Below, in pieces: positions 46,011-56,758 of a stretch of DNA of 64,000 nucleotides. A program made the position numbers and the translations under genes. Source of the stretch: Carpediemonas membranifera BICM. Its lineage: Eukaryota > Protista > Fornicata. The notes below the pieces were generated by a model. The model was not told the DNA's origin. It ran no database searches and saw nothing but the letters and a program-made list of their open reading frames with translations. Location: NCBI GenBank assembly GCA_019828565.1, contig JAHDYR010000067.1, positions 841,864 through 905,863 of the forward strand, read 5' to 3'. The first letter of the stretch is position 1. Each line of letters starts with the position of its first letter.

Positions 46011-47125
46011 TCTTCTCTTCGTTATATCCCAATAATGGACATATAACAGAGATGAGAAAATTGCCAGTAACCGTAGGCAACGGGGTGTCGGAAACGTTAT
46101 ACCATACAAACGGGGGATATAATCGCTCCGAAAACACCCATTATGTGGACTGAATGGCGATATAACGTATGGGGAGTGATCCGGCGAGCTTTCGGGCGGT
46201 GCAGGCTAAGACACACCAAGTCTGTGGTGCTATAACGTACCTCGGGACGCACTGTGGAGGCCCCTAGAGTACTCGGTCATGGCATGTCAGACCAAGGGTC
46301 CCTCAAATCTGGCCCCATTCAGGATGCACCCCCTAAATGTTCCGTTGCAAGCGTCTGACGGGCGTTCTCTGGATACCGACCAAGATGGAGGTCACGTGGA
46401 TCAACGGACGATAATTGCGGTATTCTGGCCATGCCTGGTACTCTCAAATCATCTATACTGCTCTGTGGTTCATTTATTGTTCATATCGTATGGTCCTGAT
46501 GGACTTATGATGATTGATGTTGTTTAGGGATTATTGTTGCTTTAGTGATGCTCTGCGCCCGCCAACTGATGTTTCTTAGTGTTGTGTACATGCCTACTAC
46601 GTTAAAGCCGCCAGTATTCTTTCTATTCTTAAGTTCGCCATTTCAATCTCGTTGCGAGCATAAAGTGCGCGAATGCGCGGGTCAGTTCCCCCGTTTTCAG
46701 CGAAGCTGATGCGACAACACAGAGGCAAGCGAATCCTTACACCTCAGGCGTTGCCAAGAGGCCGTTGTCTGCCAGGATCTATAAGCAGTGATGAGATATA
46801 CGGATTTCAGACTTTCTGCCTGCACGACCTCAAATGTTGACTCCCCTCGGCACCGAAAAGGCACCTATATCCATGAATACCCTCTACAGTGATGTATCCA
46901 CCCGATAAATGGATTTCAAATTTGTCGGGTCTCATGATAAATGGATTTCAGACTTTCGTACTGTTGGCCATCTGAGAATTTATGAACGACCTCTAGAATA
47001 TTTTGAAATGCAAGAACGTGCCTATGGCACTCTATTGTACCCCTGAACACGGTTTGACCACTGTTTTGGGCATTTGGAGAGATTCGAATTTTTGTGCATG
47101 ACGAAAGTCTGAAATCCGTATATCG

Positions 47126-48514
47126 ATGGAAGGAAGCCCGCAGGAGATGGAAACAACCATGGAAGCTATGAAAGAAGCTTGGTTGAACAAGATTAAGAAG
47201 AAATCTTCCCGGAAAGCGGTCGCAAACAACCTTTCGCGGTTCGTTCAATTCTTACAACGTGAGCGAGGGAGTACCGAGGATGAAGCGCTCTCCGTGATCC
47301 GATCCGAGGAGGTTAGATCGCTTGTGCCCGGTTTTGCTGCATCATTGAACAAGGCAACCGCTGCTGTCACTCTCAGTGCCGTCAACTCATTCCGAAACTC
47401 CGGCAGAGACAATGTCAAGCCGCTTGGGCAGTTTGAGCCTGTCGCATCGGAAGCTATTGTCCGACTAGTCTTCCCCTACAATGCGCTGGCTCTTATCATC
47501 AGCCACACGGGCATGACTGCCACATCAGCCCGCGATATTGATGTGAGCGAGCTCCAGATTCCCCCGGAACTCTCTGACTGGTTGCTATTCACCGGGGCAC
47601 CATCTGCGATGTCCGCTGTGATGCCTAGCACCTTCTCGCAGGCTCTCAAGTCGGTCGGGCTGAGTGTTAACCAGCTTCGCTATGCGCCCACTGTGCATGT
47701 CGATCTCAATCAGCTCAAGAAGCGGGTGATTGAGACACAAAGACGGACTGGCAGGCCCAGGGATCCGATCAAGGTTCGTAAGGTCATTAAGGACAAGCGC
47801 ATCAGCCTGACCGATGAGCAGTTCAGGCATCAGTTGGCGTCCAGTCACTTAACGACCACGCGGCGCCCAACGATCCTCGATCTCAACCCGGAGATCCGAA
47901 GCTCTGCTGACCTGGTGCCGCCGACGCTCGATGACTGGCTTTACAACAAGCTCAGGATTAGGATGGTCCAGCTCCACGACCAGCGTAAGCCCGAGGGGGG
48001 CGACACGGGGGAGGGTGAGTCTGACGATGAGGCGCTGTTTGACGAGACAGCTGGCGAGGCAGAGATGCCGGAGACCGCAGTGGAGGGCGAGTTTGACGAT
48101 GAGGCCGGGTTGGAGATGCTGGAAGGAGAGTGGGAGGATGAGGAGAGTTCAGACAGCGATGCCGAGGATAGCCTCGTCGACAACCTGTCATTTCTTCAGT
48201 CACAACAGGTTGAGTGTGATATGTCTGAGAGAGATACCGATGAGGGTGTCCGTAGCGGGGCCAATGGAAGTGGGCTCGCTCCGCTCTATGACTCTATGAA
48301 GACCAGGGAGCCCAGCAGACGCATTCGCCTTCGCCGCTATCACGAGAGCGAGTCAGACTTGGGCAGCAGCAGCGACAGCGAGGACGGGATGCCGAAGCTG
48401 CCCGTTGAGGCCTTTGAGCACATCCGTGATGCCGGGATGACAACTGTGAGGCTGACGAGGGCCGAGTATGACGACCTGATGGAGAAGAGAGAGCAGGAAA
48501 AGCATCAGAAGTAA
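47126..48514 (+). CDS. Degenerate tyrosine-recombinase-like protein with a Rad21/Rec8-like motif and acidic tail
   Basis: Core-binding-like SRFVQFL..KATAAVTLSAVNSF; box I-like LIISHTGMTATSARDIDVSEL; box II-like VGLSVNQLRYA; then RKVIKDKRISLTDEQFRHQL. Confidence 0.5.
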   Translation: MEGSPQEMETTMEAMKEAWLNKIKKKSSRKAVANNLSRFVQFLQRERGSTEDEALSVIRSEEVRSLVPGFAASLNKATAAVTLSAVNSFRNSGRDNVKPLGQFEPVASEAIVRLVFPYNALALIISHTGMTATSARDIDVSELQIPPELSDWLLFTGAPSAMSAVMPSTFSQALKSVGLSVNQLRYAPTVHVDLNQLKKRVIETQRRTGRPRDPIKVRKVIKDKRISLTDEQFRHQLASSHLTTTRRPTILDLNPEIRSSADLVPPTLDDWLYNKLRIRMVQLHDQRKPEGGDTGEGESDDEALFDETAGEAEMPETAVEGEFDDEAGLEMLEGEWEDEESSDSDAEDSLVDNLSFLQSQQVECDMSERDTDEGVRSGANGSGLAPLYDSMKTREPSRRIRLRRYHESESDLGSSSDSEDGMPKLPVEAFEHIRDAGMTTVRLTRAEYDDLMEKREQEKHQK

Positions 48515-48941
48515 ATGAACGAAGTAAATATGTCGTGGGAATGACTCAAACACTGACTAAGCCATCGACTTGGCGCAGCTGACCAGACAGTCAGATATAC
48601 ATTCATTTATTCCTGTCTCGCTCTCTTGCCTGTCGGAGACCAGCGGATTGAGATCGAGCCATAAAGTGCACCAATAGTGGGAACCGACTTCCCACTATTT
48701 TCTCAGTGCCAATGAGCTATAGAGCTTTAGTGAGGATATAAGCTTGCATAATAACACATCAATAGCGTCTGACGGCCGCTATGGCCCATGATACTCAACA
48801 ACAACATCAAACGAGTCAAAGGAACCACGAAACCACACAAGGAACGAGCTAGAAGAAACGATAGGAACTTTAATTGCATAAACAACATCAATACTGCCAC
48901 CAACTGTCCATTGGATTCCAGAAATAGCCATTGTCTCTTCT

Positions 48942-49181
48942 GGAACGTCCGGGAGAGAGCACGGGGGAGAGAGCACGGGAGAAGAGAGCCCGGGGGAACG
49001 TCCGGGAGAGAGCACGGGGGAGAGAGCACGGGAGAAGAGAGCCCGGGGGAACGTCCGGGAGAGAGCACGGGGGAGAGAGCCCGGGGGAACGTCCAAGAGA
49101 GAGCACGGGGGAGAGAGCCCGGGAGAAGAGAGCCCGGGGGAACGTCCGGGAGAGAGCACGGGGGAGAGCACGGGGGAGAGA
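48942..49181. repeat. Purine-rich minisatellite (~53-bp higher-order unit built from 13-14-bp GGGRGAGAGAGCMC subunits)
   Basis: Read directly. Confidence 0.9.
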
Positions 49182-49545
49182 GGATATTGGGGCCCCGAAA
49201 ACGCCAGCACCACCGCAAGTAAGCTATTTTATTGCAAAATACTCTACTTGCGCTGGTACTACAGCGTTTTCGCGGCCCTTTGCCCATCATTCGTCGTCTG
49301 ATTTTTTTTCGTGCAGAATTCAAACGAGTGCCGCCTGGCAGAGGCTGAGCATCTGAGCGTGGTCCCTGCGGTATCACTCGTCAGGCATAGCTCCCGGGCA
49401 TGCTCACGAAAATTCAGGTGCAGATTTGGGAGCAGAATGATCGACGAACCCCGAAAACGCCATAACCGGCACCAGTGAGCATATCTTCGTTGATGAAGCT
49501 CATTGGTGTTGGTATTATGGCGTTTTCGGGGTTCTAATACTGTAC

Positions 49546-50095
49546 TCCTCATCTCTGGCGCCCTCATCCTGGCGCCCTCATCCTGGCGCCTCATCCCTGG
49601 CGCCTCATCTCTGGCGCCCTCATCCTGGCGCCTCATCTCTGGCGCCCTCATCCTGGCGCCTCATCCTGGCGCCTCATCCCTGGCGCCTCATCTCTGGCGC
49701 CCTCATCCTGGCGCCTCATCTCTGGCGCCTCATCCTGGCGCCTCATCTCTGGCGCCCTCATCCTGGCGCCTCATCCTGGCGCCTCATCCCTGGCGCCTCA
49801 TCTCTGGCGCCCTCATCCTGGCGCCTCATCTCTGGCGCCCTCATCCTGGCGCCTCATCTCTGGCGCCTCATCTCTGGCGCCTCATCCCTGGCGCCTCATC
49901 TCTGGCGCCTCATCCTGGCGCCTCATCTCTGGCGCCTCATCTCTGGCGCCCTCATCCTGGCGCCTCATCTCTGGCGCCTCATCCTGGCGCCCTCGTCCTG
50001 GCGCCTCATCTCTGGCGCCTCATCTCTGGCGCCTCATCTCTGGCGCCCTCATCCTGGCGCCTCATCCCTGGCGCCTCATTCCTGGCGCCCTCATC
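49546..50095. repeat. Minisatellite of 13-16-bp CTCATC(Y/TC)TGGCGC(C) units
   Basis: Read directly; dozens of variant units, no unique spacers. Confidence 0.95.
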
Positions 50096-50369
50096 GCAGC
50101 GCCCACACAGCACCCCTACGCCAGCGCCACGACGCCACCCTCAGCGCCACGCCAGCCCCGCATCACCGGCGCCCTCAACAGCAAGTTCCATCATCCACAT
50201 CACTCCCTAACAACATCAACGACTCGCCTACCACCGACAGCGATGGCGAAGTCTGCGTTGATGTCGCCAGTGCCAACCCAGCTGGCATACGCGTCGCAAT
50301 GAATGTAAATGTTTACGTGTTCTCTTCGTCTCTTCTATCGTCCAGGATCTGCTTTCAGACGTCCATGAG

Positions 50370-50641
50370 CGATCATCCCTTATCCTGCGGAGCAGCCCAA
50401 CATCAGCTCAAGCGGTTCTGAGCATGCGTACAATGCTTCTGGGGCATGCAGAGTGATCATGTAGGAGCTTTATCACGATTCCAGGCTAGTTAGTGAGGGA
50501 ATTCGTCTGCAGTTCCCGGCAAATCTCATTATCTCCATTATTGCTGCAGTATTCAAAGTAAACGCGAACAACACGATCTATCTCCATTCATTGGCGCCTC
50601 GAGGAGCGCTTCAGTCCCTCTAGAGCGTGCTTCAGCAGCAT
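50370..50641 (-). pseudogene. Decayed paralogue of the 53981-54643 recombinase-like gene
   Basis: MLLKHALEGLKRSSRRQ*...VYFEYC..EICRELQTNS...MPQK..RMLRTA*..LRRIR, with stops and frameshifts. Confidence 0.7.
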
Positions 50642-51386
50642 TTCGATCGAGATTAAAAATCACCCGAATTCTAGCTCTGTTCTGTGGCCGCTGCAGGCAC
50701 CGCTGGGCGCGATAGAGCTCGGAGCGGCGTTGTCTGCCAAAAATACCTATTTGCTCCCGGTGAAAATTGAACCCACGATCAGGGGGCTGTGTACAAAGCC
50801 TCTTCCCTCTATGCCACGACTTATGGGAAATCCGCCCTTATTAATCTCCCTACAGGGAATATAGGCCATTTTGGAGGTATGAGCGACCGGGAGGGGGGGA
50901 ATGGGGGACATTTATGGTATGGCTGGACTCTACTCGGGCAGACTTTTATGATAAGGCTCAGATCAGACCTCTACGACAGCTATACGAGGAGAAACGAGCC
51001 AAGCAGCGCGCTAGCGGCCCATGGCCGCAGCAGCGCCCAGCAAAGCTCAGCTATAGGGTCACATGGGGCCCAAAATGACGTGCTCATCAGGTCGACTCCC
51101 ATCTATTGACTTGGTAATTGCAGAGGGCGTTTGAACGCGATGTCCTAATAACCGACATGGTCGGAGCGGTTCGGCGATGACTCCGTTGTATTCCACACCT
51201 TCTTCTGATGCCGAAACATGCAGTCCTTTAGAGTCAACGCGCGTCCTGTCCGTCAGGCATGAAGGGCATTCAGCAGAGGCATTGCTGCGGTCTGCAGGCT
51301 GCCCTAGCGCTTCAGGATGGCCAACTTCATGATCTGGACCCATGTCTATCAAATCCATTTTGATCACATCAAACGTGTGTCAAATC
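50604..51386. repeat. ~780-bp segment present inverted at about 53240-54018 (shared by the two TIR elements)
   Basis: Near-identical mirror ORF pairs: 50789-51109 with 53515-53835, and 51059-51367 with 53257-53565. Confidence 0.9.
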
Positions 51387-51645
51387 CGGCAAATCGATTT
51401 TGCGATAAAAAAAGGGGCAGAAGGGAGGAAGCGACCCATACGGCGTACTTATGGACCATTTCCTCCCACCTGCCCGTTTTTTGAGTCTCAACTCTCAATT
51501 CCAATTTGTCCCTATGTTACTTTTTTCTAGCAGGATTTAAAGTTTGATACTGCGCATGCGTATTGCTTAGGTATAGCCAAGTACTACCATACCACTTTGA
51601 AGATCCAGCTCCGGCTCATCGTCGAGTTCATTTTTTCTTGCAAAA

Positions 51646-51715
51646 TGACTTAAAGTCAAGTTTTGTCCTTGACTTTAAGTCACAAAAACTTGACTTGAAG
51701 TCAAGGAATTGACAG
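51646..51715 (-). repeat. Right TIR
   Basis: Ends GACAG followed by TA. Confidence 0.95.
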
Positions 51716-52875
51716 TATGGCCGCCGAGACACCTCAGTCAGTAGGCGGTACCTGGGGCAGTGGCATGACAGTAGCGACGAACGTGGAATGGCCATCGAGC
51801 AGATAGCTCTCTCAAGTCTCGCAGTAAACGCAAGACTGGAACAGGAGGGAGTAAAGTTACGTATTGCAGAGTTTCAGAGACAGTCTTTATTTTTCTTTTA
51901 ACAAGCCCTGGCTCCCACCCAGGGCCTGGCATTAGCCTACGGGCACTGCCAGTGGGCTGTGGCGGCAGCCAAAGGGGGGGTCACGCCACTGCGCCCCCTC
52001 CTAAGTATCCATGCCTGAGGGCGAATCGGTCACCAAGAAGCACGGAGGCTGGCCCGCCAAGGGTTACCAAGACCGGCATCGAGGCCCCTTGACGGGACAG
52101 TGACACAGTGAACCCTTAGCCCCTGCAGAAATTCTCAGAATTCGCAGGATAAGGATCAGAGCAGAGTACAACATGGAAACGTTCAAGATCTTAAGCCTGA
52201 ATACTCAGGGGCACATAGGACGAGGAAAGGACTTCACGGCATCAATAGCAACAGCAATACAAACCAAACTCAGAGACATTGAAGCAGTCTGCATGCAAGA
52301 GACATGGAGAACAGCAAACACAAGAGTCCACAACTTCATAGACTTCCAGTACGCTTTAGCAGGCAGAGAAACAGAGGAAACACTAGCAACAACGAACGAA
52401 AAGCGGAAAAGAGAGACCAGGAGCCAGCATCGCGTGAACAGACAACTGGGAGTCATAGGCGACGACCCCCAACACCTAAGTGGCAGGGAACCAGAGAACG
52501 CATCGGCACAATCGTCAGCCCACACGCCAGAGCAACATGGGACGTCAGCATCACTGACAGCCTATCGGGAAGAGTGCAGGCAAGCATTATGAGGACAAGC
52601 AGAGACATCATGGAAATCACAGTGTTCGCATCCACCTCAGATAAAGGGAAGGTAAGGGAAGAGATCCAGAGAAGGTGCCCCCTATGCTCAAGAGAGACTG
52701 AGATTGACATATTGTGGAAGATCCTCTTGGAGAAACCAGACCAGATCAGAGAACAGAGACTCATCAGAGACTGGGCAGAGGAACAGAGGATAGGGTCAGC
52801 ATCGCACATAATATGCGAATGCCCCATGGTAGACAGGGGGGACGGCTGGGCCAAGATCTGGAAAGAAGCGACATA
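51716..52875 (+). mobile_element. Continuation of LINE C (to about 51875) joined to an internally deleted LINE B copy (spacer, APE N-terminus, CCHC region)
   Basis: 51906-52650 duplicates 37644-38389, then jumps to RRCPLC..SHIICEC. Confidence 0.8.
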
Positions 52876-53980
52876 CTGTCTCCGGGGGGGGTGAGGTACC
52901 CACCTCGAATGGGTACCTTACCCATGGGTAAGGTACCCACCGTATCTCGAATCTTTTCTAGATACGGTCCCGAAAAACCACCAACCAAGGCCGCCAGTTT
53001 TTTTTCCTGCAAGAGCTCAAGTCCGGTCTATGACTGTTCTAGAGCTGCCCACGCGGTCCCCTACACTCACATAGCAACAGTAGAGTGAGTCCAGTGCAAT
53101 TACGTTGATACATGCGGAGATATAACAACCGGACAAAAAAATACAAACATGCTGCGTCATCGCTCTATGGTCTATGACAGGTCTACAAGCCGCTTCTGCC
53201 GCCCTGAAAACGTCCCTGACGCTTCATCGTCGAATCGTCAGATTTGACACATTGATGTGATCAAAATGGATTTGATAGACATGGGTCCAGATCCTGCAGT
53301 TGGCCATCCTGAAGCGCTAGGGCGGCCTGCAGACCGCAGCAATGCCTCTGCTGAATGCCCTTCATGCCTGACGGACAGGACGCGCGTTGACTCTAAAGGA
53401 CTGCATGTTTCGGCATTAAAAGAAGGTGTGGAATACAACGGAGTCATCGCCGAACCGCTCCGACCAAGTCGGTTATTAGGACATCGCGTTCAAACGCCCT
53501 CTGCAATTACCAAGTCAATAGATGGGAGTCGACCTGATGAGCACGTCATTTTGGGCCCCATGTGACCCTATAGCTGAGCTTGGCTGGGCGCTGCTGCGGC
53601 CATGGGCCGCTAGTGCCCTTACTGGCTCGTTTCTCCACGTATAGCTGTCGTAGAGGTCTGATCTGAGCCTTATCATAAAAGTCTGCCCGAGTAGAGTCCA
53701 GCCATACCATAAATGTCCCCCATTCCCCCCCTCCCGGTCGCTCATACCTCCAAAATGGCCTATATTCCCTGTAGGAAGCTTAATAAGGGCCGATTTCCCA
53801 TAAGTCGTGGCATAGAGGGAAGAGACTTTGTACACAGCCCCCTGATCGTGGGTTCAATTTTCACCGGGAGCAAATAGGTATTCTTGGCAGACAACGCCGC
53901 TCCGAGCTCTATCGCGCCCAGCGGTGCCTGCAGCGGCCAGAACAGAACTAGAATTCAGGTGATTTTTAATCTCGATCGAA

Positions 53981-54643
53981 ATGCTGCTGAAGCACGCTCT
54001 AGAGGAACTGAAGCGCTCTACGAAGGAGCAATACAAGCATACATATCAAAAACTGTGCGTTTACCTTGAGTGCGACGATGAGGATGCTGATGTTGTTATT
54101 TGCACAGAGATCCGACAAAATAGTGACGTATTCGAACAGTTTCTGGACTCTCTGTCCTTCTGTCGCCGTTTTGGACGGTACAAGTCTATCTCGATGCCTC
54201 AAAAGGCTCTCGTTCGCCTTCTTCGCACTGCTGGTGCCGAAACCGACCTAATTTGCAGGATAAGGACTCACACGCTTCCGGCACGCCAGGTGCTGACTAA
54301 CGAGGAGTACGACAAGCTCACGAGAGCTCTGAAGTACGACATTGCCGAGTCACACCGCCAGCTCGCCCTGGTCGTTGCTCTCTGCCGGCTGGGATCGTAT
54401 GTCGCAGACCTACGTGACTTGGACCTACCCGAGCTACAGGAGTTGATGCAAGAGGCTGCCGTGGATCACCCTGCCTTTGAGACCCTTATCCGGATGTCCA
54501 AGGTCCTTGATTCGCTCTGGGGTAGTCCCCCCATGACCGTCAGGCACGCGAACCGTATCCTGCACGAAGCGGGGATGCAGAGTCTGAAAAGACCCATCTC
54601 CCTGTCCGATCTGGATACCCCTGACGACAGATGGAATGACTGA
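53981..54643 (+). CDS. Catalytically degenerate tyrosine-recombinase-like protein
   Basis: LKRSTKEQY (N-terminal helix), LPARQVLTNEEYDKL, LALVVALCRLGSYVADLRDLDL (box I without Arg) and AGMQSLKRPISLSDL (box II without HxxR). No Tyr helix. Confidence 0.55.
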   Translation: MLLKHALEELKRSTKEQYKHTYQKLCVYLECDDEDADVVICTEIRQNSDVFEQFLDSLSFCRRFGRYKSISMPQKALVRLLRTAGAETDLICRIRTHTLPARQVLTNEEYDKLTRALKYDIAESHRQLALVVALCRLGSYVADLRDLDLPELQELMQEAAVDHPAFETLIRMSKVLDSLWGSPPMTVRHANRILHEAGMQSLKRPISLSDLDTPDDRWND

Positions 54644-54868
54644 AGCTGTAAACATATCCATTGACTCTGAATCTTTTATTTCTCCATCTGCGAGTTAAGC
54701 CAGGCCACTGCCTTTCCCGTCAGATATACCTTACGCGTGTCGTGCGCCTTCTTTGTTGCTCTTGCGGCCGAAGCATCAACAGTGGCCTGCTTCAACAAAT
54801 CTCGGCAGCTAGACTTCGGCGTCTTGGTGCCACGTCGCGTGCAGGCCCACTCTCTATCGTCCACAGAC

Positions 54869-55606
54869 TCACCACACACAACGCATGACCCTGCGAATAC
54901 GGTCGGTGGCTTTCTCCTTCAGCTTCTGTCGAAGCAGATCGCACATCGCGGTCTTGACGACGCGTCGAGATAATTCATCCGTGCGCAGGGTACTAACAGG
55001 CTCAACCAACAGCTCTGTCTGAGTAGACGCCTCCTCTAGGTCTCGCACAGTCTGAGTCTCTGCATGCTCACCCTGTGGCGAAAACTGCTGGCATTTTCCC
55101 ACCATCCTCGGCTTATCAGGATCAGGACCCAGCGCAGTCATGTAAACAGGCACCTCAACCCGCTTCTCGACTATCTTGACAGGCTGGGAGCCCCTGCGGG
55201 AAGGGGCTTGCGGGTGAACTCGCGTCCTGGTCGGCCCCCCGTTCGCCTCGTTGTGCAGAGCCTCCATGAAGGCATTGAAGCCGTCATCACGGCCCACCTT
55301 CTGTGTCACAAACGACATGACGCATGTGACCGACATCTCAAAGGATGCAAAATCGTCAGCACTGGAAACATCGCGATTGTGGCAGATTGAGTTTCGAGCT
55401 GCCAACAGCTCGCGTATATGTCTCTTATCAGCGTGGTGAAGATCAGGAACACGATGTAGGATCGCTTGCAAAAGCATAGCCGGATCCATCTCGCCACCGT
55501 CACCACGGTACCTCGCGATGTACTCCTGCAGCTTCGGAATCATCCTCAGTAGCGCTTCAAACATCATGCTGGCGTATCCTGCTGAATCCTTCGCCCCAGA
55601 GCTCAT
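54869..55606 (-). CDS. HEPN (Swt1-like) domain protein, tail variant 1
   Basis: MDPAMLLQAI..IRELLAARNSICHN contains the R-x4-H motif in a helical context. Confidence 0.65.
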   Translation of the reverse strand: MSSGAKDSAGYASMMFEALLRMIPKLQEYIARYRGDGGEMDPAMLLQAILHRVPDLHHADKRHIRELLAARNSICHNRDVSSADDFASFEMSVTCVMSFVTQKVGRDDGFNAFMEALHNEANGGPTRTRVHPQAPSRRGSQPVKIVEKRVEVPVYMTALGPDPDKPRMVGKCQQFSPQGEHAETQTVRDLEEASTQTELLVEPVSTLRTDELSRRVVKTAMCDLLRQKLKEKATDRIRRVMRCVW

Positions 55607-55925
55607 ATCGGTTTCTTCAGAACGAAATTCTAAAGAAATGTTCGCGGGTATGCCTGATCATCGCGCGTCGAAAGACAGCAGGAACGTACCCTACAGCTCA
55701 GGTTGAAGTAGGCTTGGCTTTGGTTCAACTGATAAATGCGCCATTGCTCCGTTTATATCATCCAATGTTAGGATGCCTTGCTATGATGATATACCGGTCA
55801 CTACGCTTCTGGGCGACGGTGGAGGCTGATGGTATGGCAGCGCAGGGGCATGAAGCGGGTCAGAGGGGTGGGTAGTCAAGGGATACTGACCGATCTTGGA
55901 ACTTGGATGATCGTTGTCGTGGCCA

Positions 55926-56093
55926 GATGAACTTGAGGCAGTGGTGGAGGAGGAACTCGCGGTCCGTGTGGGGCAGGGTCTCGCCGACGATGAAGGCCAT
56001 GGAAGAGGCGGCCTGGGTCATCGAAGGGACCTTGACGGGGTCAGCCCAGTTGTAGTAGAGGTGGGAGGCGTTGTACGCGAATGAGGCGACGTC
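55926..56093 (-). pseudogene. Captured PIWI/Argonaute C-terminal fragment, copy 1
   Basis: DVASFAYNASHLYYNWADPVKVPSMTQAASSMAFIVGETLPHTDREFLLHHCLKFI matches the PIWI-clade C-terminus (YKLCHLYYNWPGxIRVPAPCQYAHKLAFLVG..LFYL). Host-like GC3. Absent from the ORF track. Confidence 0.75.
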
Positions 56094-56610
56094 ACCACTC
56101 CCTACAACGGCGCCAGGATGTGGTCAAGGGGGAATTTGCACTGAGTCACGTCGAACTGGTTGCGGGCGACGTTGTTATCGTGACGGTGAAAGAGTGAGGG
56201 GATCGGTCTGCCCCCGCCGCTCTCTCCATGGCACTCTCCCCCGTGCGCCACCCCTGATCACTACGTCTGGACCACTATTCTTCCACGGCGTTCTCTCCCT
56301 GGCGTTCTCATAGGCAATCTTCTTCTTGCCTTCCTGATGTTGATATTAATTGTTTCTGTGTACACAAGCTTGCTAATGTCATTATAAGCTTCACGTAGTA
56401 CTAAATCGTCTTGTATTCCCGGTATTATCGTCCATATGGCTGAGCATGAATAATGATGTTGATTACAAAGGAGGGAGAAGCTGGTAGTGGCTCTAGAGCA
56501 GACAACGTTCAATGTGCAGCACGCATAGAACAACAATCCCCTGAATATTACTGTAACTGATCATTCCACGGATTTCGTTTGCGACAGCGATCGCAAAATT
56601 GTGCACTTTA
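56071..56610. repeat. ~540-bp module in three copies (56071-56610, 59936-60476, 62432-62971) ending in a hairpin and GTGCACTTTA
   Basis: Near-identical sequence; each copy is followed by a gene start. Confidence 0.9.
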
Positions 56611-56758
56611 TGGCACGTCGAGAGACGGCAGAAACATACCCTACAGCTCAGGTTGGCTCAACTGTTAATGTGCTCGTGGTCCGTGTGGGACACAGGGTCT
56701 TGCAGACCATAAAGTCCAGGGATGATGCGGGCTGTGGGTTCAGTTTTATTCATTCCGT

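Larger units (their letters stand above)
42173..51715. mobile_element. 9.5-kb TIR DNA element with TA target duplication and cargo genes; no transposase recognised
   Basis: 70-bp TIRs with 1 mismatch (42173-42242 and 51646-51715), flanked by TA on both sides. Excision restores the LINE frame AVKT-YGRRDTSVSRRYLG..ERG, which aligns without gaps to LINE A AVRLYESAHDPDRPTPLG..ERG. Confidence 0.92.

Noticed and set aside
48942-50095. Tandem arrays as CRISPR, and the ORFs they create (e.g. 49503-50210)
   Set aside because: No unique spacers, no cas genes, eukaryotic context. The ORFs are translations of the repeats.
50789-53835. Paired ORFs of 102 and 106 aa in the inverted repeat
   Set aside because: Alternative starts and no motifs. 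Conservation is explained by recent duplication; probably an upstream regulatory region.
47126-54643. Active Crypton/DIRS recombinase as the mobilising enzyme
   Set aside because: Catalytic residues are missing, and the TIR plus TA ends point to DDE-type chemistry.
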